Positions 1 to 8,216 of a DNA stretch of 64,000 nt are shown here, piece by piece. The stretch spans positions 1,918,517 to 1,982,516 of the forward strand of contig CP062796.1 in NCBI GenBank assembly GCA_018208355.1, given 5' to 3'. Both the position numbers and the translations under genes were made by a program. The stretch is from Candidatus Fermentithermobacillus carboniphilus (GTDB taxonomy: Bacteria > Bacillota > Sulfobacillia > Fermentithermobacillales > Fermentithermobacillaceae). Position 1 is the stretch's first letter; each line of letters opens with the position of its first letter. Below the pieces are notes generated by a model. That model was not told where the DNA came from. It saw nothing but the letters and a program-made list of their open reading frames with translations, and searched no databases.

Positions 1-1017
1 GGAAGCCATGGCCTCCAGGACGGCGAGTCCCTGGGTTTCGGATGGCGACGGAAAGAAGAACACCTGGGCTTTTCGATACTCGGCCGGCATACGGTCCCAC
101 GGCACAAATCCCCTGAATTCGACCGTCCCTTGTCTTGTCAAAGGCGCCAGGTCGTCCTCAAGTTCCTTTCTGAGAGGGCCATCTCCAGCAATGGTGAAGC
201 GAAAGTCCTTCCTGCCATCTGCGGGCGCTCCGGCGCCAGGGAAGCCCGCCGATTTTCCTCCCTCTCGTCCGTCCTCCAGCATTTTTATGACGCGAACCAG
301 GGTTCTGACACCCTTTTCGGTGCTCAGTCTTCCGGCATAGAGGACGTTGCACGGTTGATCGAAATCAGGACCGGAATGGCTTGGCGAAAAGCGACGGGTA
401 TCTATCCCAGAGGGTATGACGTGAATGGGGACAGTGATCCCGAAACTCCGGAGGGAGTTTGCCGCGAACACGGATGGAGCAATGACAGCGGTGAAGCGGT
501 TGTAAAATGACCTTGCCAGTGCCGATATCGTCCTTTCCGTGAGGTTCTTGGACGGATGTAAAAACGCTCCGCTTGTATTGAGGTTAGCGGTTCTTTCAGG
601 GGCCCTTTTCAAGAGATTCGCGGACCTTTGCGTCAAGATTGACGGTCCTGCCATAATGTTGGCATGGTAAGTCGCTATAGAGGGGATTTGCAGCTGCGCG
701 GATGCTAACAGCCCTATCCACCCTACGGGGTATACGGTATGAACGTGAATAATATCGGGCTTTATGGCTTGAAGGGCTTTCACCACTTTGGTGTACCCGT
801 AACCAAAGTAGGAGTCAGGTGGGATGCCGGGTAGCCAGGAAAGGGGAAAAGCGGGCACCAGTACGACCTTTCCCCGGTGTATGGTGCTTTTTTGGGGCAG
901 CGTGAAGACAGTCACCTGGTGACCCTGAGATACGAGGGCGTCGTGAAGACCGGTGACTGCCCTTGTGAGTCCACCGAGGTTTTGACGAAACGAATCTGAG
1001 AAGAATGCTATCTTGAG
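1..1017 (-). CDS. Glycosyltransferase family 4 (GT-B fold), partial (3' end runs off the window). Not in the ORF track because it has a GTG start and no stop inside the window.
   Basis: Manual translation of the minus strand from the GTG at 1015-1017 gives an uninterrupted ORF: VRLKIAFFSDSF...GGLTRAVTGLHDALVSQGHQVTVFT...KPDIIHVHTVYP...VLYAGRLSTEKGV...AQVFFFPSPSETQGLAVLEAMAS. The N-terminal Glyco_trans_4-like and C-terminal Glycos_transf_1 (EX7E-like) motifs are both present. Confidence 0.75.
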
Positions 1018-1019
1018 TC

Positions 1020-2207
1020 TCACCGACGCGACCCCGCCTGTGGCCTTTGCATCATCGCCATGAGCTCGGGAAGTACCTCTTGCGCAGCAATTTCACCCTC
1101 TCGGATTATTTCCCTTGCACGGTAAAACTGATGACCGTGAAAACCCTGGACACGTGGGCGAATCACCAAATCGGGCTTGATCCCGTCGCGCGGAGACTGG
1201 AGAAGACTTTCGGTGATATCGAAAGCTGCCAGTATCGCCTTGACCGTGCTCCAGCCTTCAGGCTCCCGACTTTCTTCAGGTTCTGTCTCCTCGTCGCTCG
1301 TTTTTTGACCGGCAGAGCCGGGTTTGGTCGTCTCCCCGGTAGAAAGAGCGCGGGCCAAGGTCATTTCCCCGTCTTCAGGCGTGCATTGATCGCCGTTATC
1401 TGAAATTAGTGCCCCGTAAATCCTGTTAAAAGTATTCTGTATGCGACTTCCGAACTTTTCTACGAACACCGCGCGAGCAAGATTCTCTGCGTAAGCGATC
1501 CTGTTTATTACTTCGCTTTCCGCAAACCCGAGTACCTCTTTCCACACGTGTCGGACGAACCCAACCGACACTCTTGCACCAGTTGCAGCGCGTGTCCAAA
1601 GGTCTGACCTGCTGAAGACGTCTACACCCAGGAGAACGGTAGCCCCCGTGTTAGCCAGTGCGTCAACAGGCATGAGGTCAACCAATCCTCCATCTACCAG
1701 CACGCGACCATTCACTTTGACCGGGGCGAAAAGACCCGGCACAGAAATGCTGGCTCTTACCGCATCGGCGATGCTGCCTTGCCTCAGAAACACCGGTTCT
1801 CCCGTTGCCAGGTCTGCCCCCACGATGACCAGAGAGATCCCTCGTTGCGAAACGTCCTCGAAAGTCATGTCTTTCGTGAACCGGCGTATCCCTTCGCGGA
1901 TGGATTCGCCTTTCAAAACTCCGCCTTTGAAGTAGATATCGGCATACTCAATTAAATCGCGCTTTCTGAGGGAGATCACAGTCTCTTCAAGTTCGTGGAG
2001 AGTTCCACATACATACGAGGCTGCAACGAGGGAACCGATGCTGGACCCGGATATGGCTGAAGGCAGAATGCCCGCCTTTTCCAATACTTTCAACACACCT
2101 ATGTGGCTAAGTCCCCGGGCTGCTCCGCCGCTGAGAGCTATCCCGAGAAGGGTCTCCTGAGAATAGCGCACGAAATTGCGACCTCCTGTTCGTTCAGCTG
2201 GCAACAC
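1020..2207 (-). CDS. Patatin-like phospholipase family protein
   Basis: Glycine-rich GGAARG loop, GxSxG nucleophile motif (GSSIGS) and a later DGG motif, all typical of patatin/cPLA2-like lipases. Confidence 0.85.
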   Translation of the reverse strand: MLPAERTGGRNFVRYSQETLLGIALSGGAARGLSHIGVLKVLEKAGILPSAISGSSIGSLVAASYVCGTLHELEETVISLRKRDLIEYADIYFKGGVLKGESIREGIRRFTKDMTFEDVSQRGISLVIVGADLATGEPVFLRQGSIADAVRASISVPGLFAPVKVNGRVLVDGGLVDLMPVDALANTGATVLLGVDVFSRSDLWTRAATGARVSVGFVRHVWKEVLGFAESEVINRIAYAENLARAVFVEKFGSRIQNTFNRIYGALISDNGDQCTPEDGEMTLARALSTGETTKPGSAGQKTSDEETEPEESREPEGWSTVKAILAAFDITESLLQSPRDGIKPDLVIRPRVQGFHGHQFYRAREIIREGEIAAQEVLPELMAMMQRPQAGSRR

Positions 2208-2394
2208 TCCAAGCAGATACGATTATAACTCACCGAGGTAAATCCAGGAAATGGTAGGGGCCGTAACAAGGTCAAGGTTCTAGGTTATCGCGGTTCCAGC
2301 GGTCCGGTTGCAGCTGAGTTTCGTTTTTGACCAAATTATGCAACTATGATAATATCTGCTTAGTTAGGTAGTTCCCCAAGAAGGGGGTGTATCC

Positions 2395-2685
2395 ATGCGG
2401 AATGTGCTCAGCCCGATTGAAGTCCGGGATAAGCTGGGTCGGATTATCGAGGAAGCTTACTACACCGGCAAACAGTTTATAATCGCCCGGCGCGGGAAGC
2501 CGATGGCTGCCATTGTCCCCATCAGCGAATACGAAAAATGGGAAAGAGAACGTGAGGAGTTCTTTGCTCTTATAGACAAGGTCTGGAAGGCCAACCGGGA
2601 GGTCGACCCGGATACGCTGGCACAAGATGTCGCCCAGGCCATTAGAGAGACGAGGGAAGGCGTAAATGCTCAAAGCGGTGCTTGA
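2395..2685 (+). CDS. Type II antitoxin, Phd/YefM family
   Basis: 96-aa protein with the YefM-like N-terminus (VRDKLGRIIEEAYYTGKQFIIARRGKPMAAIV). It overlaps the downstream PIN gene by 20 nt. A sigma-A-like promoter lies upstream at ~2330 (TTGACC..17 nt..TAATAT). Confidence 0.8.
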   Translation: MRNVLSPIEVRDKLGRIIEEAYYTGKQFIIARRGKPMAAIVPISEYEKWEREREEFFALIDKVWKANREVDPDTLAQDVAQAIRETREGVNAQSGA

Positions 2686-3085
2686 TACGAACGTCCTGGT
2701 CTCCGGTCTGATCAGCCCCAGCGGCATTCCAGCCCAACTGATCAGCGCGTGGCGCGGAAAGAAATTTGAACTGGTCATCTCCCCGGCCATTCTGCAAGAG
2801 CTCGCCGAAGTACTCCAGAGAGATAAAATAAAGCAGTACTATGAGCACATCGACAGAGATTTGGCTCAAAAATATGTCGCGGGCCTGAAGCGGTTTGCTA
2901 CGTTGGCGCCTGGCAAAGTCCAGATCCAGGGCGTATGTCCGGATCCGAACGACGACAAATTTGTCGCCGCTGCCCTAGAATCGCGAGCGGATTATATTGT
3001 GAGCGGGGACAACCGTTTGTTGAACCTTAAGGAGTACGAGGGAGTGAAGATACTGAAGCCAGCGGAATTCTTCGCACGGCTTTAA
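2666..3085 (+). CDS. PIN-domain toxin (VapC-like, putative toxin-antitoxin toxin component)
   Basis: 139 aa starting MLKAVLDTNVLVSGL, with the acidic PIN residues conserved (D..E..D..D). Translationally coupled to the Phd/YefM gene. Confidence 0.75.
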   Translation: MLKAVLDTNVLVSGLISPSGIPAQLISAWRGKKFELVISPAILQELAEVLQRDKIKQYYEHIDRDLAQKYVAGLKRFATLAPGKVQIQGVCPDPNDDKFVAAALESRADYIVSGDNRLLNLKEYEGVKILKPAEFFARL

Positions 3086-3109
3086 TTTCCGGTGATACAA
3101 CAACAAGAA

Positions 3110-3931
3110 TCAATTTTTCCAACCACCGGTTAAGTTGGGTCTGACAGACTCTTTAAGCTTGGGGAGAACGTCAACGGATATCTCGTCAGGAGTACCTTCC
3201 GCCTGTATCTTTCCGCCGGAAAGGACGATGACTCGCGTCGCCAGCGCGCGGACCTCGGAGAAGTCGTGACTTACCAGCACCGTCGTGGTGCCCGAGTCTT
3301 CCAGGATGCCGCGGAACTCCTTAAGCAAGCCATGCTTTGTCATGAGGTCCAGTGAGGCGAAAGGCTCGTCCAGAAATAGCACCTTCGGTTCGAGTACAAG
3401 GGCGCGCGCCAGAGCGGTCCTCTGGGCCTCGCCGCCAGAGAGGGTGTGAGCCATTTGGCCTGATAGGTGGGTGATGCCGAACCGTTCTAGCCAAGTATCG
3501 ACTCGCCTTTCTGCGTCGTCTTTCAATCCCCTGAGAGATAACCCCAGGCGCACGTTTTCCCTGACCGTGCCATCGAGTAGAAGAGGTTCCTGAAACACCA
3601 CGGCCATTTCACGCCTGACAGAGAGGACGTTCTTCCTGGTTACCTGGTGACCCCGGAAGAAAACCGCGCCCTTCGTGGGAAACTCCAGGCACGCGAGGAT
3701 GGTGAGGAGAGTGCTTTTCCCTGCCCCGTTCGGGCCCACGATCGCCAGGACTTCTCCCGGAAACACCGAAATGTCCTCGACCTTTAGAATGGTTTTACCC
3801 TGTTTTATGACAACGAGGTCTTTGGCCCGGATGACCGGACCAGAGGAGAAACCCTGTTTGTGCTCAATAATCTCGGCACCAGATTCCAGGTTATCCCGTC
3901 TTCTCCATGTCTTGTTCAACAGCATATTCAC
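3110..3931 (-). CDS. tupC: Tungstate ABC transporter ATP-binding protein (TupC-like)
   Basis: Walker A GPNGAGKST, ABC signature LSGGEAQR and Walker B LFLDEP. No C-terminal TOBE domain. The start overlaps the permease stop (ATGA). Sits in an operon with a TupA-type binding protein. Confidence 0.7.
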   Translation of the reverse strand: MNMLLNKTWRRRDNLESGAEIIEHKQGFSSGPVIRAKDLVVIKQGKTILKVEDISVFPGEVLAIVGPNGAGKSTLLTILACLEFPTKGAVFFRGHQVTRKNVLSVRREMAVVFQEPLLLDGTVRENVRLGLSLRGLKDDAERRVDTWLERFGITHLSGQMAHTLSGGEAQRTALARALVLEPKVLFLDEPFASLDLMTKHGLLKEFRGILEDSGTTTVLVSHDFSEVRALATRVIVLSGGKIQAEGTPDEISVDVLPKLKESVRPNLTGGWKN

Positions 3932-4710
3932 AGTCTTCTCCTTGACTGTTGTACCACCGTGAGGATGAAAGTTATTCCATAGCTCAGGGCCATTAGAATA
4001 AAACTCAAAGCGATAGCCACGTCGAAGTTGCCCTTGCTTATTTCCATGACAATCGCTGTAGTGAGGACTCTGGTGTAGTGCCGGACGTTTCCGCCCACAG
4101 CCATAGATGCCCCCACTTCGGAGATGACGCTGCCGAGGCCAGCCATGACTGCCGCAAGGAGCCCGAACCTACATTCCTTTATAATGAGCCACCAGAACTG
4201 GACGGGGGATGCCCCGAGTGCCATTATCTGTAGCCTGAGTTTGGGGTTCAGCTGTTGGACCGAAGCCATGGTGAACCCGGTAACGATGGGAGAAGCTATC
4301 ACGGCCTGGGCGATTACCATCGCAGTCGGTGTATACATGAGACCGAGGCTTCCCAGAGGTCCGTTGCGCCACAACAGGATGCTTACCCACAGGCCCGCCA
4401 CAGTAGGGGGAAGCCCCATCCCGGTGTTGACGGCACCCACTACAACCTTTCTGAAGCGGAACTGCGCCACGGCCAAATATAGCCCCAGGGGTATGCCTAT
4501 AGCCAGGCTTATCAAGGTAGCAAGACCGGAAACCCTGAGGGTCAGGAAGGTGATCTCAAGTATCTCAGGGTCTCGTGCCACTATGAGCCGTATTGCCTTG
4601 ATGAGGCCAGTATAAACTAAGTCCACAAGACCACCCCTGTACGAAAGCGTAGCAGCGTTACAGGTGTTTACCCGGGTTGGAAGGCCGCGGGCATACGGAC
4701 AGACGTACAA
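3928..4710 (-). CDS. tupB: Tungstate ABC transporter permease (TupB-like)
   Basis: Multi-TM BPD-transporter-like permease, located between the ATPase and the TupA-type binding protein. Confidence 0.7.
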   Translation of the reverse strand: MYVCPYARGLPTRVNTCNAATLSYRGGLVDLVYTGLIKAIRLIVARDPEILEITFLTLRVSGLATLISLAIGIPLGLYLAVAQFRFRKVVVGAVNTGMGLPPTVAGLWVSILLWRNGPLGSLGLMYTPTAMVIAQAVIASPIVTGFTMASVQQLNPKLRLQIMALGASPVQFWWLIIKECRFGLLAAVMAGLGSVISEVGASMAVGGNVRHYTRVLTTAIVMEISKGNFDVAIALSFILMALSYGITFILTVVQQSRRRL

Positions 4711-4781
4711 ACCGCCGCGGCGGTTCGCACATGCGGCTACTGGCTAAAGAACCCAGTGGGGATATGCGAACCGCCGAATGT

Positions 4782-5645
4782 CTAGAACTCGGGCTTCCCG
4801 GCATCTGGCACGAAAAGCGGCTCACCGAATTTGTCCACACCGAACTCGCCTATTATTTTCTGAGTCTCCGGTGAGACCATGAAGTCCACGAAAGCCTTGG
4901 CCCCTTTGGTGTTAACCTTTGGGAATTTCTCGGGATTCACCTGCATCACGTGGTAAATATTCAAGAGCGACTTGTCAGGGGAATGCTTACCTGTCCGGTC
5001 GCTCTGCACGAGAATCACGAGATTCAGGTTCTTCTTGAGGGCAAGGTACGTAGCTCTATCGGTCAACACGTAGCCACCCTTCTCCGATGCTATGTTGAGG
5101 GTTTGGCCCATGCCGGTCCCTGATTCCTGATACCAGGGTCCTCCAGGAGTAATCCCTGCCTCTTTCCAAATTTCCAATTCCTTCTTGTGAGTGCCAGAAT
5201 CATCCCCCCGGGAGATGAAAAGAGCTCCTGCTTTGGCTATCTTCTCGAAAGCCAAGGGTGCGCTACTTATTCCCCTGATGCCCGCTGGATCTTTTTCGGG
5301 TCCGCATATGATGAAGTCATTGTGCATGACAAGCTGGCGGTTTACGGCGGCCCCGCTCTTGACAACCTTTAATTCGGCTTCTGGTGCGTGGACCAGGAGG
5401 ACGTCGGCCTCACCCCGTTCTCCCATGGCAAGGGCTTGCCCTGTCCCTACCGCCACGGTCTTTACTCTGTATCCCGTCTTTTTCTCGAATAGCGGTATCA
5501 GCACATCCAAAAGGCCCGAATCTTGAGTGCTCGTTGTCGTAGCCAGTATGACATCTTTCTTGGTCGTGCAGCCTGCCAGAAAGATTACAGCGGTCAGCAC
5601 AAGCAATGCCACCGGCGCCATCGATTCCCGCAATTTCCGCGTCAT
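4782..5645 (-). CDS. tupA: Tungstate-binding lipoprotein TupA (substrate-binding protein)
   Basis: Lipoprotein signal peptide with lipobox LAGC. TupA-type TTSTxDSGLLD motif, then a type-II periplasmic-binding fold. Confidence 0.75.
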   Translation of the reverse strand: MTRKLRESMAPVALLVLTAVIFLAGCTTKKDVILATTTSTQDSGLLDVLIPLFEKKTGYRVKTVAVGTGQALAMGERGEADVLLVHAPEAELKVVKSGAAVNRQLVMHNDFIICGPEKDPAGIRGISSAPLAFEKIAKAGALFISRGDDSGTHKKELEIWKEAGITPGGPWYQESGTGMGQTLNIASEKGGYVLTDRATYLALKKNLNLVILVQSDRTGKHSPDKSLLNIYHVMQVNPEKFPKVNTKGAKAFVDFMVSPETQKIIGEFGVDKFGEPLFVPDAGKPEF

Positions 5646-5649
5646 GACT

Positions 5650-6630
5650 TCACTCGCCTCCGTTTTCGGAATGTGCGCATTCTGAAGCGATCCCCCGGAG
5701 GATCTCCAGCCCGTGAGGGAGGGCCGGGAGGATGGCCTCCAGGTTCTCTCTCACTCCCCGGGGGCTCCCGGGCAGGTTCACTATGAGCGTCCTGCCTCTT
5801 ATGCCGGCAACCGCGCGTGAGAGCATGGCCCTTTCTGTATGCCTTAAACCTTCGAGCCGCATGGCCTCGGGTATTCCCGGAACCTGTCTCTCTATGACGT
5901 CAAGGGTAGCTTCGGGAGTGACGTCCCTGGGCCCCAGGCCTGTCCCTCCGGTGGTGAGCACAAGGTCGATGCCTTTCTCGTCGCAAAGGCTCTTGAGTTC
6001 CGCGGCTATCACCTCACGCTCATCGGGCACAACTGTATAGTAGACTACCTCTCCCAGACCCCTTACCAGTTCCCTGATGACTTCGGCGCTCTTATCCTCT
6101 CGCTCACCCCTAGAACCTTTGTCGCTTGCCGTTAGGATGGCGATGCGGTTGGCGTTGTTGACCCTGATCTTGTCACCCGTTTTGACGCGGCCTCCTGAGA
6201 GAACTCTTGCGAAGATCCCTTCTCGTGGCATCACGCAATCCCCGGTCAGGCGGTAGATTTCGCAGCGGGTGTGGCATATCTTGCCGATCTGGGTTACTTC
6301 GAGGAGGACATGGTCCCCAACCTGAAGCCTTGTCCCGACCGGAAGGCTGGGCAAGTCGATCCCCCTTGTGGTCAGGTTTTCGGCAAAATCCCCTGGTTTG
6401 ACATGGAGTCCTCTCTGGCGAGCTTTTTCAATGCTTTCTTCCGCCAGGAGGCTTACCTGCCTGTGCCAGGGACCGGCGTGGGCGTCTCCCAGGAGTCCGT
6501 GGCCTACCTTCAGTTCCGCCTCTCCCACATTTTGCTTACGCGTGCCCTTTTTCTCGCTGATGCATACGGCCACGATTTCCCCGGCTACGCCCGGCGGTGT
6601 GCGTGTATCGTCTCCCATGTGGTCGCTCAT
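5650..6630 (-). CDS. MOSC domain-MogA/MoaB fusion protein (molybdopterin adenylyltransferase-like). Start taken at the internal MSDHMGDD, which overlaps the moaC stop.
   Basis: N-terminal half carries the MOSC beta-barrel motifs (VGEAELKVGHGLLGDAHAG...GDFAENLTT). C-terminal half is MogA/MoaB (LTTGGTGLGPRDVTPEA, GSPRGVRENLEAILP). The track ORF extends further upstream into moaC, which looks like an artefact. Confidence 0.7.
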   Translation of the reverse strand: MSDHMGDDTRTPPGVAGEIVAVCISEKKGTRKQNVGEAELKVGHGLLGDAHAGPWHRQVSLLAEESIEKARQRGLHVKPGDFAENLTTRGIDLPSLPVGTRLQVGDHVLLEVTQIGKICHTRCEIYRLTGDCVMPREGIFARVLSGGRVKTGDKIRVNNANRIAILTASDKGSRGEREDKSAEVIRELVRGLGEVVYYTVVPDEREVIAAELKSLCDEKGIDLVLTTGGTGLGPRDVTPEATLDVIERQVPGIPEAMRLEGLRHTERAMLSRAVAGIRGRTLIVNLPGSPRGVRENLEAILPALPHGLEILRGIASECAHSENGGE

Positions 6631-7127
6631 TCTTCCTCTCCCTCCCTTAGGTAGGTTCCGCTTTTTCCGCCCGATTTCTTCACCAGCCTTATGTCGGTTA
6701 TGACCATACTCTTGTCTACCGCCTTGCACATGTCGTAAAGGGCCAGGCACGCTACGGAGACCGCAGTGAGGGCCTCCATTTCGCACCCGGTTTTTCCTTC
6801 GAGCCTGACAGTTGACTGGACCTGTACCGACGAATCCTCAAAATCCGGGATAAGGTTCACTTCGACACCGTTGAGATTGAGGACGTGGCAGAGCGGGATG
6901 AGGTCCCAGGTTTTCTTGGCGGCCATTATGCCTGCTACTTGCGCCGCCGTCAAAACGTCGCCCTTTGGCATCTTGCCCTGGGTGATCATCTCCAGGGTCG
7001 CAGGTTTCATCTTCACTTTGCCTCTTGCCACCGCTTCGCGGGTGGTCGGAGGTTTTCCGCCAACGTCCACCATGCGGACACCCCCTTCGGGGCGGACATG
7101 GGTGAGAGCGGGATTTTCGCTTTTCAA
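6627..7127 (-). CDS. moaC: Cyclic pyranopterin monophosphate synthase MoaC
   Basis: Aligns along its length with E. coli MoaC motifs: LTHV...MVDVGGK, WDLIPLCH and GKTGCEMEALTAVSVACLALYDMCKA. Confidence 0.9.
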   Translation of the reverse strand: MKSENPALTHVRPEGGVRMVDVGGKPPTTREAVARGKVKMKPATLEMITQGKMPKGDVLTAAQVAGIMAAKKTWDLIPLCHVLNLNGVEVNLIPDFEDSSVQVQSTVRLEGKTGCEMEALTAVSVACLALYDMCKAVDKSMVITDIRLVKKSGGKSGTYLREGEEE

Positions 7128-7131
7128 GACA

Positions 7132-8115
7132 TCACCCCCCGATCTGGCACATCCGTCTCGCCTGTGCCTCGTAGCTGGCCAAATGGTGTGCTTGCGGTTT
7201 TAGCTCCAGAGCGCGGGCAAAAGCGTCTTTCACGAGCCGCCTGATTTCTTCATCTGTCTGCCCGCTTCTCAGGATGCCCTTCACGTCGATCTCCAGGTCT
7301 GAGGCAAGACAGGGGCGTATTTTCCCGTCGGCCGTGAGCCTCAAGCGATTGCACTCGGTACAGAACGGCCTCGACAGGGCGGCGATGAAACCTACGGTCC
7401 CTTCGCCTCCTTTGATCTTGAAGCTCTCGGCAGGGCCGGCTCCATCCGGATGGGGTACCGGCTCAAGTTCTCCCACCTTCTTGACCTCCGCCACTATCTC
7501 TTCCAGGGTCACGCGCCCGTCCCTGGCTACCGTCGGGTCCGGGCCAATCGGCATGACTTCGATGAAGCGGACGTGCACCGGCATTTCAAGAGAAAGCCGC
7601 GCCATGTCCTGTATCTCAGTGGAGTTCAAACCCGCTATGACCACCATGTTCAATTTGACAGGATTGAGTCCGGAGTCGACGGCGGCCCGAATCCCTGAAA
7701 GGACGTCATGTATGCTCCCACGCCTGGTTATCCGCCGGAATTTCTCCGGATCAAGGGTATCGAGGCTTATATTGACCCTACCGAGCCCCGCGTCTTTCAA
7801 GGGTTTTACCAGGGGTGCCAGCAAGGTGCCGTTGGTCGTCATGGATATATCCGGAATCCCCGCGGTTCGAATCCATTTCACTAGATCTATCAGGTCTTTT
7901 CTGACGAGAGGTTCTCCTCCAGTCAGGCGGATGTGGTTGATGCCCAGTTCTCTGGCCACGTCCACGATCCTCACGATCTCCTCGTACCGGAGGATTTCCT
8001 CGTGGCCCAGCGGCAGGACACCTTCTTCTGGCATGCAATAGATGCACCGGAGGTTACAGCGATCTGTCACCGAAATCCTCAAGTAATTAATGGTGCGCCC
8101 GAATCTGTCCTTCAC
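7132..8115 (-). CDS. moaA: GTP 3',8-cyclase MoaA (radical SAM)
   Basis: CNLRCIYC radical-SAM cluster motif near the N-terminus, plus the C-terminal second-cluster cysteines (FCTECNRLRLTADGKIRPC). Confidence 0.9.
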   Translation of the reverse strand: MKDRFGRTINYLRISVTDRCNLRCIYCMPEEGVLPLGHEEILRYEEIVRIVDVARELGINHIRLTGGEPLVRKDLIDLVKWIRTAGIPDISMTTNGTLLAPLVKPLKDAGLGRVNISLDTLDPEKFRRITRRGSIHDVLSGIRAAVDSGLNPVKLNMVVIAGLNSTEIQDMARLSLEMPVHVRFIEVMPIGPDPTVARDGRVTLEEIVAEVKKVGELEPVPHPDGAGPAESFKIKGGEGTVGFIAALSRPFCTECNRLRLTADGKIRPCLASDLEIDVKGILRSGQTDEEIRRLVKDAFARALELKPQAHHLASYEAQARRMCQIGG

Positions 8116-8216
8116 TCCGGCATGCTCTCCTTCCGCTTACTACTCTGGTCAGGTTACTTGTCCGGGTCACTTGACTTCATGTCCTGCTCACCCTATTGAG
8201 CCTTGCAGCGGACTCC

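Noticed and set aside
8-510. Plus-strand ORFs 8-340 and 130-510, and minus-strand ORF 158-352, from the track
   Set aside because: They overlap a continuous GT4 glycosyltransferase reading frame on the minus strand that has clear family motifs. Their own translations are low-complexity Arg/Ser/Pro-rich, as expected for antisense frames of a GC-rich gene.
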